Virus record (IMG/VR): IMGVR_UViG_3300047157_000111
Coordinates: 4,207-68,206 of that record
Direction: 5' to 3' (one strand)
DNA length: 64,000 nucleotides
From: a virus
Under the pieces are notes generated by a model that was not told the DNA's origin, did not search any database, and saw nothing but the letters and a program-made list of their open reading frames with translations. Of the stretch, positions 47,301 through 56,716 are shown one piece after another (the first letter of the stretch is position 1; the number at the start of each line of letters is the position of its first letter). The translations under genes and the position numbers were made by a program.

Positions 47301-48255
47301 TGGTGATTTATTCTCAGTATCAGATGTATCAGGTATACCAATATTTAATATAAACTCTAGCGGTTTATCAAACTTTGATGGTAACGTTCTTGTAGGTAAA
47401 ACAGCAGTAAATAACGCACTAGTAGGTGTTCAGCTAATGACTGATGGAAGTATAAATCCAACTGTTAGCGGTGACACTGTAGCTAGGTTTAATAGACTAA
47501 GTAGTGACGGTGAAGTTATAAGAATACAAAAAGATACAGCTACTGTTGGAGCCATAGGGTGTTACAACGGTGTACCTTGGATAGGTTACCAAGGTGGAGC
47601 TGGTGGTGGAATTATGTTCAACGGGGCTAGCATTGAACCAACGTTGTTAGGATCATCAAGATCTAGTAACACTAATGATATAGGTTCGGTAAATTACAAG
47701 TGGAGGTATGGTTATTTTGGCACTGGTTTGAATACGCATGATCTTGTCGCTACAAACTCAACGGTATTAAGTGGTCCAGGTAGTGGAACATCAAATGTTT
47801 TAGCAGTAAACCATGGAGCAGGATCTCATACAGGGATAGGGATAAAAATAACTTCAGCAAATAGCGGTCATGCTCTTGATTTAACTGGAACTGTGGGTAG
47901 TGGTTACGCGAGAATAACAACAGCTTATAATAATCTTCCTGATTTTACAATATCAGGTACAATCACTGCTGGTGAAGATGTAATAGCTTACTCAGATATA
48001 AAGCTAAAAGAAAATATAAAAACATTAGATGGTTCTAAAGTTTACGACATGCGTGGTGTTAGTTTTACAAGAAAAGACACTGAAAAAGAAGGTAGCGGTG
48101 TAATAGCTCAAGAGATGCAGAAAGTAGCACCTGAATTAGTTAATGAAGTAGATGGCACATTAGGTGTGTCTTATGGTAACATAACAGGTTATCTAATTGA
48201 GGCTATAAAAGATTTAAAAGCAGAAGTAGAACAACTTAAAAAACAAATTAAATAA
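44368..48255 (+). CDS. tail fibre/spike with C-terminal peptidase S74 intramolecular chaperone
   Basis: AYSDIKLKENI...GVIAQE...LIEAIKDL; ATFAG and GNVGIGT modules. Confidence 0.85.
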   Translation: MANEFKVKKGLIVDGSNTVLDIQGTQGQLFSVTDSLTGDLFSVSDVSGIPILNVNSSGDVDIDGALGIGATASQFHADADDLVVGAGSGNTGITIHSGTSGYGSIFFADGTANDATEKRGQIRYLQGTERMDFHTDNVATAALSLAANGNATFAGNVTITGDSASPHTDRALTVNRGQDGSIALQVLNSGEVVTNANYFYATGPGVSMYVQNTAVFRGSIVNDVSNAPVTIGDDLSVAGNITAPGLVYNATNKYLSISHWSSPPTPAAILHLSDNSNDLDVPQIRIEGRENPGDTVLDIAVKDADVRFNLVEGSTDAASGYGRMHFKTNASANSSHPTRGGFLFQSGPSSSLINVLDITNEGNATFAGNVAVQQAGDVYLTLESTDASTAEEVAIKYSNQSTGSNYWWAGLNQSANYSLAYGTSYSGANVKMEISTAGDATFAGEVNTGGNIVMTKSSGNNQLYINSSGGGAPVMYLQDPNRKWGQFVSNGHLYFKDETANVTSLKIDGVTSNATFAGNITLNTGTAKKLSILASTHDTNTAQTATLELGYTHSGGAAAGNIVLTEAANNAFDADMTFGLPYNNGSGGSTTRTALTLDGGTLAATFLGNVTAVNVIPTTALRVGAADKWKIRGNNSNNNLAFEYAASESLADTNIKLELTSTAATVKNSLSIQSDDDNRFLVRSNDYTISRIISRGLTGTNLDKGLFSLMTSDGTTNNVEAVRIDSAGNSWFNGGQVGIGVGTPTELLHIKNPSNSWNQYARIRIGTETSDNYASEIGFHRGTSDDTDRGFFIDGGGSGTQHLKVLYTGNVGIGTVSPGAKLEVAGGADSIARVLGTTTAARLDLQTNSFHKFIQTIESDGRFRLYNQTTSKEQLTVTNVGSVGVGDAAPTLISANTYSLSVNSARNDLSGGLITKANGSVKHQQYWDSSGYSFNLSANAGDFKWNVNGNSRMVVDKDGGLDIQGTAGQLFSVTNSLSGDLFSVSDVSGIPIFNINSSGLSNFDGNVLVGKTAVNNALVGVQLMTDGSINPTVSGDTVARFNRLSSDGEVIRIQKDTATVGAIGCYNGVPWIGYQGGAGGGIMFNGASIEPTLLGSSRSSNTNDIGSVNYKWRYGYFGTGLNTHDLVATNSTVLSGPGSGTSNVLAVNHGAGSHTGIGIKITSANSGHALDLTGTVGSGYARITTAYNNLPDFTISGTITAGEDVIAYSDIKLKENIKTLDGSKVYDMRGVSFTRKDTEKEGSGVIAQEMQKVAPELVNEVDGTLGVSYGNITGYLIEAIKDLKAEVEQLKKQIK

Positions 48256-48569
48256 TGGCAATAACTTATAGTACTAACATACTACACTTAAAAGGTGCTC
48301 CAAGCTTTCAAGACTTAACCAATGTAATAAAAGAAGTTGAGTTTGAGGTTGTAGCTGTAGACGGTGATTATACACACAATAGTATGGGTCACATTAGTGT
48401 AGAATTAAACGAAGATAGTTTTACGGTTTTTGAAGATGTAACTGAAGAGCAAGTTATAGGTTGGGTGGAATCTCACCCTGTTCATCAAGGACACAAAAAC
48501 CACTTAGAAAAATTTATAGATAACATGAAAGTACCTATGGATGTAGGTATGGAAAAACCTTGGTTATAA
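48255..48569 (+). CDS. tail-fibre accessory protein
   Basis: FEDVTEEQVIGWV...PW motif; follows the S74 fibre. Confidence 0.5.
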   Translation: MAITYSTNILHLKGAPSFQDLTNVIKEVEFEVVAVDGDYTHNSMGHISVELNEDSFTVFEDVTEEQVIGWVESHPVHQGHKNHLEKFIDNMKVPMDVGMEKPWL

Positions 48570-48570
48570 C

Positions 48571-50280
48571 ATGGCAGTTCCTGGAAGCGGAAGTTTAAGT
48601 TTAGCAGCTATAGCAGCTGAAAAGCTAGAAGATGACTACACAGATGTAGACACTAGTTATGGTCCTTACAGTTTGAAAGAGATAACTCTAGGTGGAGGTG
48701 TAGAAAACTATGATGTAACAAACGCTATAAGTCCTTCTCACCCTGACAATGACGCTAGCTACAGCATGGGAGAGTTTTATTCTTACGATCACGATTTTGC
48801 AGCGCCAGCTTGTAATTTAGCTTATAAATCAGGACAAAACGGTGAGTTTAATTACCCTGTAAATCTAGGAACAGCGACTGGTATTATTAGAATAGATTAC
48901 GAAGCTTATGGTGTTCCTGATAGGTTTGAATTTACTTGGAATGGTAACACTTATATAAGTGGAAGTTCTTCTGGTAATTATGATGGGTACGTTGGAGATG
49001 TGACAACGAGCCGTACAAACGATTTAAGAGCTGCTCTTGGAAACAACACTGTAGAAATATATGAAAATAATCAAGGAGGTATTTACACAGGAGGAAGAGG
49101 CTATATAGAGTTTAATAAAAACACATCAGTTTCAACAGCTAACATGAACGTTAAAGCGCCATTAGGTGGAACACAATGGTGGTATTCAGTGAGTTGTCCT
49201 GGTATGCAAGTCATCTCAACTAACCCAGGGATAGCACCAAGTGTGACGGCTAACACTGTAACCGTTAATGTATCTAGTGTCACAATGGGTGGAAACGTAA
49301 CTAACAAGGGTTTAACTAGTAACTTTACCACAGAAGGCACTATATCTGCAAAGGGATTTGCGGTAATGCTGGGCGCAACAAATACCTCACAGTTTATTAT
49401 AGGTGACACTGGTGTAACTAATGTTCCTGAAGATGATAGCACTATAAATGTAACAGGCGCGTTTAATGAGGCTGCGGTTGGCGTAGTTGCCTTAAACGGT
49501 ACTGTTGTAACAAACGATGCTTCTAGTGTAACGGAAACTAGTTTTACTGGTAGTTTAACTAAGAGCTCACTTGGAACAACACCTAATTCATTTAGAGCAT
49601 ACGCAACAAACGCAGCAGGTACTACATATAGTAATATAGTAAACGTAAATACTACTGGAGTAAGTGACGAGTCAGGTATAGTGTACTGTAACCAAAGTTA
49701 TAACGTCACACCATCAGTAAATAATAACTCAGGATCTATAGCTGCAAGTACAGGTAATCAATGGAATCAACTACAAAGCACATCTACTTCAACCGGAACG
49801 GTTTCATCTACAATAAGCGAAAATCAAGTATCCTTAATAGCTAGCAATACTTATAGATATAGAGCTGTAATGAGACAAAGTTCTACTTTACATTACGGTG
49901 TTGTTAAGGGTTTTACCGTAGCTGCAGCTTACGACTTTGGTGCAACTATAACTGTTAGATCTGATCAAATTTATAGTACTATGGCTTATGGCTATGGATC
50001 TAGCACATTGTTTTGGCCAACTATGGGTTCAATGACTAGTTATATATTTAACGGTAAAACTATAACGGGTATATATTTCCAAGATCAAAGTAGTACGGAT
50101 TATTTGTATTTAAAATTCTCAACAACAAAACCATCATTTAGTAATCTAGTTATAAATGGAACTAGCTACGGTGCGTCTAGCACGTGGACTAGTAATGATA
50201 GTTTGACCTGGAGGAAAGCAGCTACTGGTAATCCAATGGGTACTACTTACGGTTTCGCATTCTTAAACATGAGCATTTAA
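48571..50280 (+). CDS. tail/structural protein with FN3-like repeats
   Basis: MAVPGSGSLSL start; FRAYATNAAGTTY and YRYRAV FN3-like strands. Confidence 0.6.
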   Translation: MAVPGSGSLSLAAIAAEKLEDDYTDVDTSYGPYSLKEITLGGGVENYDVTNAISPSHPDNDASYSMGEFYSYDHDFAAPACNLAYKSGQNGEFNYPVNLGTATGIIRIDYEAYGVPDRFEFTWNGNTYISGSSSGNYDGYVGDVTTSRTNDLRAALGNNTVEIYENNQGGIYTGGRGYIEFNKNTSVSTANMNVKAPLGGTQWWYSVSCPGMQVISTNPGIAPSVTANTVTVNVSSVTMGGNVTNKGLTSNFTTEGTISAKGFAVMLGATNTSQFIIGDTGVTNVPEDDSTINVTGAFNEAAVGVVALNGTVVTNDASSVTETSFTGSLTKSSLGTTPNSFRAYATNAAGTTYSNIVNVNTTGVSDESGIVYCNQSYNVTPSVNNNSGSIAASTGNQWNQLQSTSTSTGTVSSTISENQVSLIASNTYRYRAVMRQSSTLHYGVVKGFTVAAAYDFGATITVRSDQIYSTMAYGYGSSTLFWPTMGSMTSYIFNGKTITGIYFQDQSSTDYLYLKFSTTKPSFSNLVINGTSYGASSTWTSNDSLTWRKAATGNPMGTTYGFAFLNMSI

Positions 50281-50335
50281 ATAACGTGAAAATAGCGTGA
50301 TAATATAAACATAGAACAATAAATAAAACAAAACA

Positions 50336-50707
50336 ATGGGATTACAAGGAAATTACAATTTTAAAGGCATAGAGTTGAGTGATGCTTATTTACAAGTAGG
50401 CAGCTTAAGCTGTAGCTTTAACTCTATTTCATCGCAAAGTTTAAAAACCGCTGCTGTGTATAATTCAGATGGTAGTTTAAAAGCTGAAGCGGTGTATGAA
50501 ACAATTTGGGAAAAGTCACCCAGCACAAGCGTTGGCGTGAAAGTGTTTAAGGATAAAGCAAATAGAGACGCTGACCCAAGCTCTCAACTAACTGAATTTC
50601 GTTTCAGTTTTACTGAATCTTTAGCTGACTCAGCAAAGAATCACGTAAAACAAGCTTATGTAGCTTTAAAAGCAGACGATAAGTACAAAGATTATACAGA
50701 CGTATAA
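50336..50707 (+). CDS. hypothetical protein
   Basis: 123-aa ORF downstream of a promoter-like GTGATAATATA. Confidence 0.6.
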   Translation: MGLQGNYNFKGIELSDAYLQVGSLSCSFNSISSQSLKTAAVYNSDGSLKAEAVYETIWEKSPSTSVGVKVFKDKANRDADPSSQLTEFRFSFTESLADSAKNHVKQAYVALKADDKYKDYTDV

Positions 50708-50735
50708 TAAATTAACAATTAAATTAAATTAAATT

Positions 50736-51017
50736 ATGTCAGAAAAAACAATTGATTTGAGCCCTAAGGCGGATAAAATCACAGACGAACAATTACAAGA
50801 GTTACAATCTTTATTAAACGAGATAAACAAAAATCAATTATCAATAGGTCAACTTGAAACACAAAAAGCTGGTATCATTGAAGGCGTAGGTCAACTACAA
50901 CTTAAGCTTAGGGAAATTCAAGCTTCTTTAGAGGAAGAGTATGGTAAAGTATCTGTAAACATTCAAGATGGATCAATATCTGAATTACCACAAGATGAAG
51001 CTGATAAGAAAGATTAG
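50736..51017 (+). CDS. coiled-coil protein
   Basis: Heptad-rich; LEEEYGKVSVNIQDG. Confidence 0.6.
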   Translation: MSEKTIDLSPKADKITDEQLQELQSLLNEINKNQLSIGQLETQKAGIIEGVGQLQLKLREIQASLEEEYGKVSVNIQDGSISELPQDEADKKD

Positions 51018-51213
51018 TATCGGTAAAGATTATAAAAATGAAGCTATGCATTATGCCGTGGGCCAAGAGGTCTACGGCGGGCATACTATTTGTCATATAA
51101 CAGAAGAAGATGACAAGTTTAGTATATTTATTAAAAAAGCTGACGAGGTTTTACCTTGGAAAGACTTTAATAAAAATATGGCTGTAGCTATAGAGTATAA
51201 TCTAGAGTATTAA
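50995..51213 (+). CDS. conserved hypothetical protein
   Basis: MKLIRKISIGKDYKNEAMHYAVGQ...; likely start is the ATG at 50995. Confidence 0.6.
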   Translation: MKLIRKISIGKDYKNEAMHYAVGQEVYGGHTICHITEEDDKFSIFIKKADEVLPWKDFNKNMAVAIEYNLEY

Positions 51214-51806
51214 TGAAGAGCATATTTGATTTTGTTGTTGAGCCAGTAGGCGACAGATACAACAACACTAAAAATATAGATGGCGTTGATTTAATACTAA
51301 ACACGCAAATATTCACACATCAAAACGTAAATAGGCTAGCAATAGTTAAAAGCTTACCTATAACAGGTGACACTAATATTAGAATAGGTGATCAAGTCAT
51401 TGTTCATCACAATGTTTTTAGAAGGTATCATGACGTTAGAGGAGTGGAAAAGAATGGCAAGAGTTATATAGATGATGATAATTATCTATGTTCTTTTGAC
51501 CAGATATTTTTATATAAAAACAAAAACGAGTGGAAAGCACCTAAGGGTTATTCATTTGTTAAACCTATTGAATCTAATAATATTTTTAATCTAAACAAAG
51601 AATTGCCTAGTATAGGTGTTGTAAAGTATCTCGATGAAGACTTTGATTCACAAATACAACAAGGTGATTTAGTTGGTTTTACTCCTGGTAGTGAATACGA
51701 GTTTATAGTAGATGACGAAAGATTATATAGAGTTAGATCTCAGTCATTAACTATTAGATATGAATATCAAGGAGACGAAAAAGAATATAATCCAAGCTGG
51801 GCATAA
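51213..51806 (+). CDS. tandem double GroES-like co-chaperonin
   Basis: Two units: FVVEP...IRIGDQVIVH and FVKP...GVVKY...GDLVGF...EFIVDDERLYRV. Confidence 0.55.
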   Translation: MKSIFDFVVEPVGDRYNNTKNIDGVDLILNTQIFTHQNVNRLAIVKSLPITGDTNIRIGDQVIVHHNVFRRYHDVRGVEKNGKSYIDDDNYLCSFDQIFLYKNKNEWKAPKGYSFVKPIESNNIFNLNKELPSIGVVKYLDEDFDSQIQQGDLVGFTPGSEYEFIVDDERLYRVRSQSLTIRYEYQGDEKEYNPSWA

Positions 51807-52035
51807 AGCAGTTGAAGAGTTAATAAAGGTTGCTAAAGAAGCTATAGTTGATTCAGATGATGACATATCAGCTGACAGGTTAAAGAATGCTGCTGCAACA
51901 AAAAAGCTAGCTATATTCGATGCTTTTGAAATACTAAATAGAATACAAGAAGAAGAGGATATGTTAAACAATAAACCTAAGGAAGAGACTAAAGAATCTT
52001 CATTTGGTGGTTTTGCAGAAAGAAGATCTAAGTAA
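51760..52035 (+). CDS. putative terminase small subunit
   Basis: Small helical protein whose stop overlaps the terL start. Confidence 0.45.
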   Translation: MNIKETKKNIIQAGHKAVEELIKVAKEAIVDSDDDISADRLKNAAATKKLAIFDAFEILNRIQEEEDMLNNKPKEETKESSFGGFAERRSK

Positions 52036-54257
52036 TGTATCAGCAACAGTTATTCAAGGTTATAGAACCTATAAAAATAAATACCATTAAGAGACTTAAT
52101 AAGTCTAAAAAATGGAAGTATGGTTACAGCAAAGAACATGATGTTGTTGTCATAAGTAAGACTGGGCAAATAGGTGAAGTATATGAAATACAGAATTTAA
52201 AAATAGCTTTACCTAAGATTATAAACCCAGTAAAATTCAGTAAAGATAGATGGGAGGTTACTGAATATCCAAAAGAACTTAAAAGAATTAAGACTGTATT
52301 TGATTGGAGAGATTACCCTGATGAATTTAAAGATAAATGGTATGAGTATATTGACACAGAGTTTAAGTATCGTGAAGAAGGTTTCAGCTTTATTAACAAA
52401 GGTGAGCCTACTTATATTACTGGTACTCATTACATGTACTTGCAGTGGTCCAAGATTGATGTTGGGCAGCCAGACTTTCGAGAAGCAAATAGATTATTCT
52501 ATATATTCTGGGAAGCTTGTAAAGCTGATGCCAGGTCGTATGGAATGTGCTATCTCAAGAATCGACGCTCAGGTTTTTCATTCATGGCGTCCGGGGAGTG
52601 CGTTAACATGGCGACAATATCAACCGACTCACGGTTTGGGATACTGTCCAAATCTGGCCCCGATGCTAAAAAGATGTTCACAGATAAGGTGGTACCCATT
52701 TCTGTTAACTACCCATTTTTCTTTTCCCCAATCCAAGACGGTATGGACAGGCCCAAGACGGAACTTGCCTATCGTGTACCCGCCTCCAAGCTTACCAGAA
52801 GATCCATCGTTAGAACAACCAAGCAGACCGAAACCGAGACGCTATCAGGGCTCGATACGACGATCGACTGGAAGAACACCGGTGACAACTCCTACGATGG
52901 GGAGAAACTCAAACTCCTCGTCCACGACGAATCAGGTAAATGGGAGAGGCCGAACAACATCCTCAACAACTGGCGTGTTACGAAAACCACCCTTAGATTA
53001 GGTAGTAGAGTAATAGGTAAGTGTATGATGGGATCAACATCAAACGCTTTAGACAAAGGAGGGGATAATTTTAAGAAACTATATAAAGCTTCAGATGTTA
53101 CAAAACGAAACCGCAATGGACAGACAAGCTCGGGACTATATTCTCTATTCATACCTATGGAATGGAACTACGAGGGTTTCATTGATTCTAATGGAATACC
53201 TGTATTCGACACACCTGAAACAGAAAAGGTTGGACCTTTTGGCGAGACTATAGATATAGGTATACTAGAACATTGGCAGAATGAAGTTGATGGCTTAAAA
53301 GATGATGGTGATGCTTTAAATGAATTTTATAGACAGTTCCCACGTACAGAAGAGCATGCTTTCAGAGATGAAACAAAAAACAGTATATTTAATTTAGCTA
53401 AAATATACGAGCAAATAGATTACAACGAGGAAACAAACTACATAAACACTATAACTACTGGTAACTTTCAATGGGCTAACGGTGTTAAAGATAGCAAAGT
53501 TATATTTTACCCTGATAAAAACGGTAGATTTAAATTAAGCTGGACACCACCATCCCACTTACAGAATAACGTTATATTGAAAAACGGTTATAAGAAACCA
53601 GGTAACGAACACATAGGCGTTTTTGGTTGTGATAGTTACGATATATCTGGTACAGTTGACGGTAAAGGTTCTAAAGGAGCTTTACATGGGTTAACTAAGT
53701 TTAGTATGGAAGATGCACCAGTAAACCATTTTTTCTGTGAATACATAGCTAGACCACAAACCGCTGAGATATTCTTTGAAGATGTACTTATGGCTTTGGT
53801 TTTTTATGGAATGCCTATACTAGCAGAGAATAACAAACCACGTTTATTGTACTATTTAAGAAGAAGAGGATACAGAGGCTTCTCAATGAACAGACCTGAT
53901 AAAGTATGGAACAAACTATCTGTTGCTGAAAAAGAAGTAGGTGGAATACCTAACTCTAGTGAGGATATAAAACAATCACATGCAGCTGCAATAGAAATGT
54001 ACATACAGGATCACGTTGGTATAAAGCCAGACGGGTCACACGGAACAGTTTATTTCAATGACCTTCTCAACGATTGGTCTAAGTTTGATATAAACAATAG
54101 AGGTAAATTTGATGCATCTATAAGTTCTGGTTTAGCTATAATGGGTTGTAATAGACATTTATATGCTCCAAACGCTAAAGTAGAAAAACAAAAACTAAAT
54201 ATAAGTTTCGCAAGGTATAAACAAGGTGGAACACATTCAAAATTAATAGAAAATTAA
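52035..54257 (+). CDS. terL: terminase large subunit
   Basis: KNRRSGFS Walker A, LLVHDESGK Walker B, GSTSN, nuclease acidic residues (GCDSYD, ENN, FDA). Confidence 0.9.
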   Translation: MYQQQLFKVIEPIKINTIKRLNKSKKWKYGYSKEHDVVVISKTGQIGEVYEIQNLKIALPKIINPVKFSKDRWEVTEYPKELKRIKTVFDWRDYPDEFKDKWYEYIDTEFKYREEGFSFINKGEPTYITGTHYMYLQWSKIDVGQPDFREANRLFYIFWEACKADARSYGMCYLKNRRSGFSFMASGECVNMATISTDSRFGILSKSGPDAKKMFTDKVVPISVNYPFFFSPIQDGMDRPKTELAYRVPASKLTRRSIVRTTKQTETETLSGLDTTIDWKNTGDNSYDGEKLKLLVHDESGKWERPNNILNNWRVTKTTLRLGSRVIGKCMMGSTSNALDKGGDNFKKLYKASDVTKRNRNGQTSSGLYSLFIPMEWNYEGFIDSNGIPVFDTPETEKVGPFGETIDIGILEHWQNEVDGLKDDGDALNEFYRQFPRTEEHAFRDETKNSIFNLAKIYEQIDYNEETNYINTITTGNFQWANGVKDSKVIFYPDKNGRFKLSWTPPSHLQNNVILKNGYKKPGNEHIGVFGCDSYDISGTVDGKGSKGALHGLTKFSMEDAPVNHFFCEYIARPQTAEIFFEDVLMALVFYGMPILAENNKPRLLYYLRRRGYRGFSMNRPDKVWNKLSVAEKEVGGIPNSSEDIKQSHAAAIEMYIQDHVGIKPDGSHGTVYFNDLLNDWSKFDINNRGKFDASISSGLAIMGCNRHLYAPNAKVEKQKLNISFARYKQGGTHSKLIEN
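52342..53001 (+). CDS. candidate overprinted lipoprotein gene in the +1 frame of terL
   Basis: 219 codons from ATG 52342; KK + hydrophobic stretch + LITC lipobox; Pro/Ser/Thr/Arg-rich tail; terL codons switch to C/G-ending forms here. Confidence 0.45.
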   Translation: MSILTQSLSIVKKVSALLTKVSLLILLVLITCTCSGPRLMLGSQTFEKQIDYSIYSGKLVKLMPGRMECAISRIDAQVFHSWRPGSALTWRQYQPTHGLGYCPNLAPMLKRCSQIRWYPFLLTTHFSFPQSKTVWTGPRRNLPIVYPPPSLPEDPSLEQPSRPKPRRYQGSIRRSTGRTPVTTPTMGRNSNSSSTTNQVNGRGRTTSSTTGVLRKPPLD

Positions 54258-54258
54258 T

Positions 54259-56688
54259 ATGGCTGAGTCAGTTGTTAAAAGTTCTTTTCCAAGTCAAGTC
54301 GCTAGCGATTTAGAGAAAGTGAGTAAAGACTACGGTTTGAAAGTTGCTAAAGCAATTGAAAGCGAGTGGTTCAAAAGAGATTCTGGTACTAACAGATTCT
54401 TTGGTAACCAAACAGAGTTTCACAAACTAAGGTTGTATGCTAGAGGAGAACAATCAATACAAAAATATAAAGATGAATTATCTATAAACGGTGATTTGTC
54501 TTACCTAAATTTAGACTGGAAACCAGTACCTATTATACCTAAGTTTGTAGATATAGTAGTAAACGGTATATCTGAAAGAGTATTTGATATAAAAGCATTT
54601 TCACAAGATCCAGCAGGTGTAAGCAAGAGAACAGCTTATATGGAGTCAATGCTTAGAGATATGAGAACTAAAGATCTAAACGCGTATGCTAAAGAAGCGT
54701 TTGGCGTTGATCTTAATGAAAACGATCCAGAGATACTACCTGACTCACAACAAGAGTTAGACTTGCATATGCAGCTTAGTTACAAGCAAGCTATAGAAAT
54801 AGCTGAAGAGCAAGCTATCAACGTTGTTCTTGAAGGTAATAAGTATGATTTAACTAGAAGAAGAGTTAACTACGATTTAACAGTACTTGGTATGGGTGCT
54901 GTTAAAACTGTTTATAATAAATCAGAAGGTATTAAAGTTGAGTACGTTGATCCTGCTAATATGGTTTATTCGTATACCGAGTCACCTTACTTTGATGATA
55001 TATACTACGTTGGTGAGGTAAAAACAATACCAGTAAACGAGCTTAAAAAACAATTCCCTAATTTATCTAAAGAAGAGTTAGTTAAAATAACTGGGCAAGG
55101 GTTTCAAAACAGTGGCTTCTACAATAGAAGTTTAACTGAGTCTAACCAAAACGATAAAAACCAAATACAAGTACTGTACTTTAATTACAAAACATATGCT
55201 AATGAAGTGTATAAAGTTAAAGAAACAGCAACAGGTGCTAGTAAGGTTATAGTAAAAGATGATTCTTTTAACCCTATGGTAGATCAAATGCTTGAAGCTA
55301 AGTATGGTAAAATGTCTAGATCACTAGAGGTTTTATACGAAGGAGCTTTAGTGTTAGGTACTGAAATACTACTTGATTGGAATTTAAGTAAAAACATGAT
55401 GAGACCTAAGAGTGATCACACTAAGGTTAAAATGAATTACAGTATAACAGCGCCTAGAATGTACAAGGGACGTATAGAATCACTTGTAGGACGTATAACT
55501 GGTTTTGCTGATATGATACAACTAACTCATCTAAAACTGCAACAGGTGATGTCTAGAATGACTCCTGATGGTATATACCTAGATGCTGATGGTTTAGCTG
55601 AGATTGATTTAGGTAATGGAACTAATTATAATCCACAAGAAGCATTAAACATGTTCTTTCAAACTGGTTCTATCATAGGTAGGTCTATGACATCTGAAGG
55701 TGATATGAACCCAGGTAAAGTACCTATACAAGAAATATCTAGTGGAAACGGTGGTGCTAAAATGCAGAGTTTAATAGGTACGTATAACTACTACTTACAA
55801 ATGATAAGAGATGTAACTGGTTTAAATGAATCATCAGACGCGTCTACTCCATCAAAAGATGCTTTAGTTGGTGTTCAAAAAATAGCAGCAGCTAACAGTA
55901 ACACAGCTACAAGACATATACTACAATCAGGATTATACATAACATCAGAAGTCGCTGAAGCTATATCACTTAGAGTATCGGATATACTAGAGTATTCTCC
56001 TACAAGAGATGCTTTTATACAAAAGATAGGAATACACAATGTATCTACATTAAGTGAATTAGGTAACTTACATTTATCAGACTTTGGTATACATATAGAA
56101 TTATCGCCTGATGAAGAGCAAAAAGCTTTACTAGAGCAAAACATACAAATGGCTTTGTCTGGTGGAGGTATTGATTTAGAAGACGCTATAGATCTTAGAG
56201 AGATTAAGAATATAAAGTTAGCTAATCAATTACTTAAGATACGTAGAAAAAAGAAACAAGAGAGAGATCAGTTAATGCAACAGCAAAACATACAAGCTCA
56301 AGCACAAGCTAATGCTCAAGCTCAACAAGTAGCTGCTCAAGCTGAAGTACAAAAAAATCAAGCTATAACTCAACAGAAGATGGAGTTAGAGCAAATGAAA
56401 GCTAAGATAGAAGAGGAGAAAATAGCTAGAGAAGTTTTATACAAGAAAGAACTTATGAACCACGAGTTTCAAATAAACATGAGACTTAAAGGTATGGAAG
56501 TTGAAGGTATGAAAAACAAAGAAGCTTATAAAGAAGATCGTAAAGACGAAAGAACTAAGATACAAGCATCTCAACAAAGTGAGTTGATTGATCAAAGAAA
56601 TAGTGGTAAACCACCTAAAAACTTTGAATCTTCAGGTAATGATATACTTGGAGGCGGTTTTGATCTAGGGGCATCAGATCCTAGATAA
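54259..56688 (+). CDS. portal protein
   Basis: 809 aa directly after terL; PIIPKFVDIVVNG, IRDVTGLN, Gln-rich C-terminal coiled coil. Confidence 0.85.
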   Translation: MAESVVKSSFPSQVASDLEKVSKDYGLKVAKAIESEWFKRDSGTNRFFGNQTEFHKLRLYARGEQSIQKYKDELSINGDLSYLNLDWKPVPIIPKFVDIVVNGISERVFDIKAFSQDPAGVSKRTAYMESMLRDMRTKDLNAYAKEAFGVDLNENDPEILPDSQQELDLHMQLSYKQAIEIAEEQAINVVLEGNKYDLTRRRVNYDLTVLGMGAVKTVYNKSEGIKVEYVDPANMVYSYTESPYFDDIYYVGEVKTIPVNELKKQFPNLSKEELVKITGQGFQNSGFYNRSLTESNQNDKNQIQVLYFNYKTYANEVYKVKETATGASKVIVKDDSFNPMVDQMLEAKYGKMSRSLEVLYEGALVLGTEILLDWNLSKNMMRPKSDHTKVKMNYSITAPRMYKGRIESLVGRITGFADMIQLTHLKLQQVMSRMTPDGIYLDADGLAEIDLGNGTNYNPQEALNMFFQTGSIIGRSMTSEGDMNPGKVPIQEISSGNGGAKMQSLIGTYNYYLQMIRDVTGLNESSDASTPSKDALVGVQKIAAANSNTATRHILQSGLYITSEVAEAISLRVSDILEYSPTRDAFIQKIGIHNVSTLSELGNLHLSDFGIHIELSPDEEQKALLEQNIQMALSGGGIDLEDAIDLREIKNIKLANQLLKIRRKKKQERDQLMQQQNIQAQAQANAQAQQVAAQAEVQKNQAITQQKMELEQMKAKIEEEKIAREVLYKKELMNHEFQINMRLKGMEVEGMKNKEAYKEDRKDERTKIQASQQSELIDQRNSGKPPKNFESSGNDILGGGFDLGASDPR

Positions 56689-56716
56689 TTATTTATTAAT
56701 TTTATAATATTATATT

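Noticed and set aside
40417-48255. Diversity-generating retroelement acting on tail genes
   Set aside because: No reverse transcriptase is seen, and the repeats do not differ specifically at adenines
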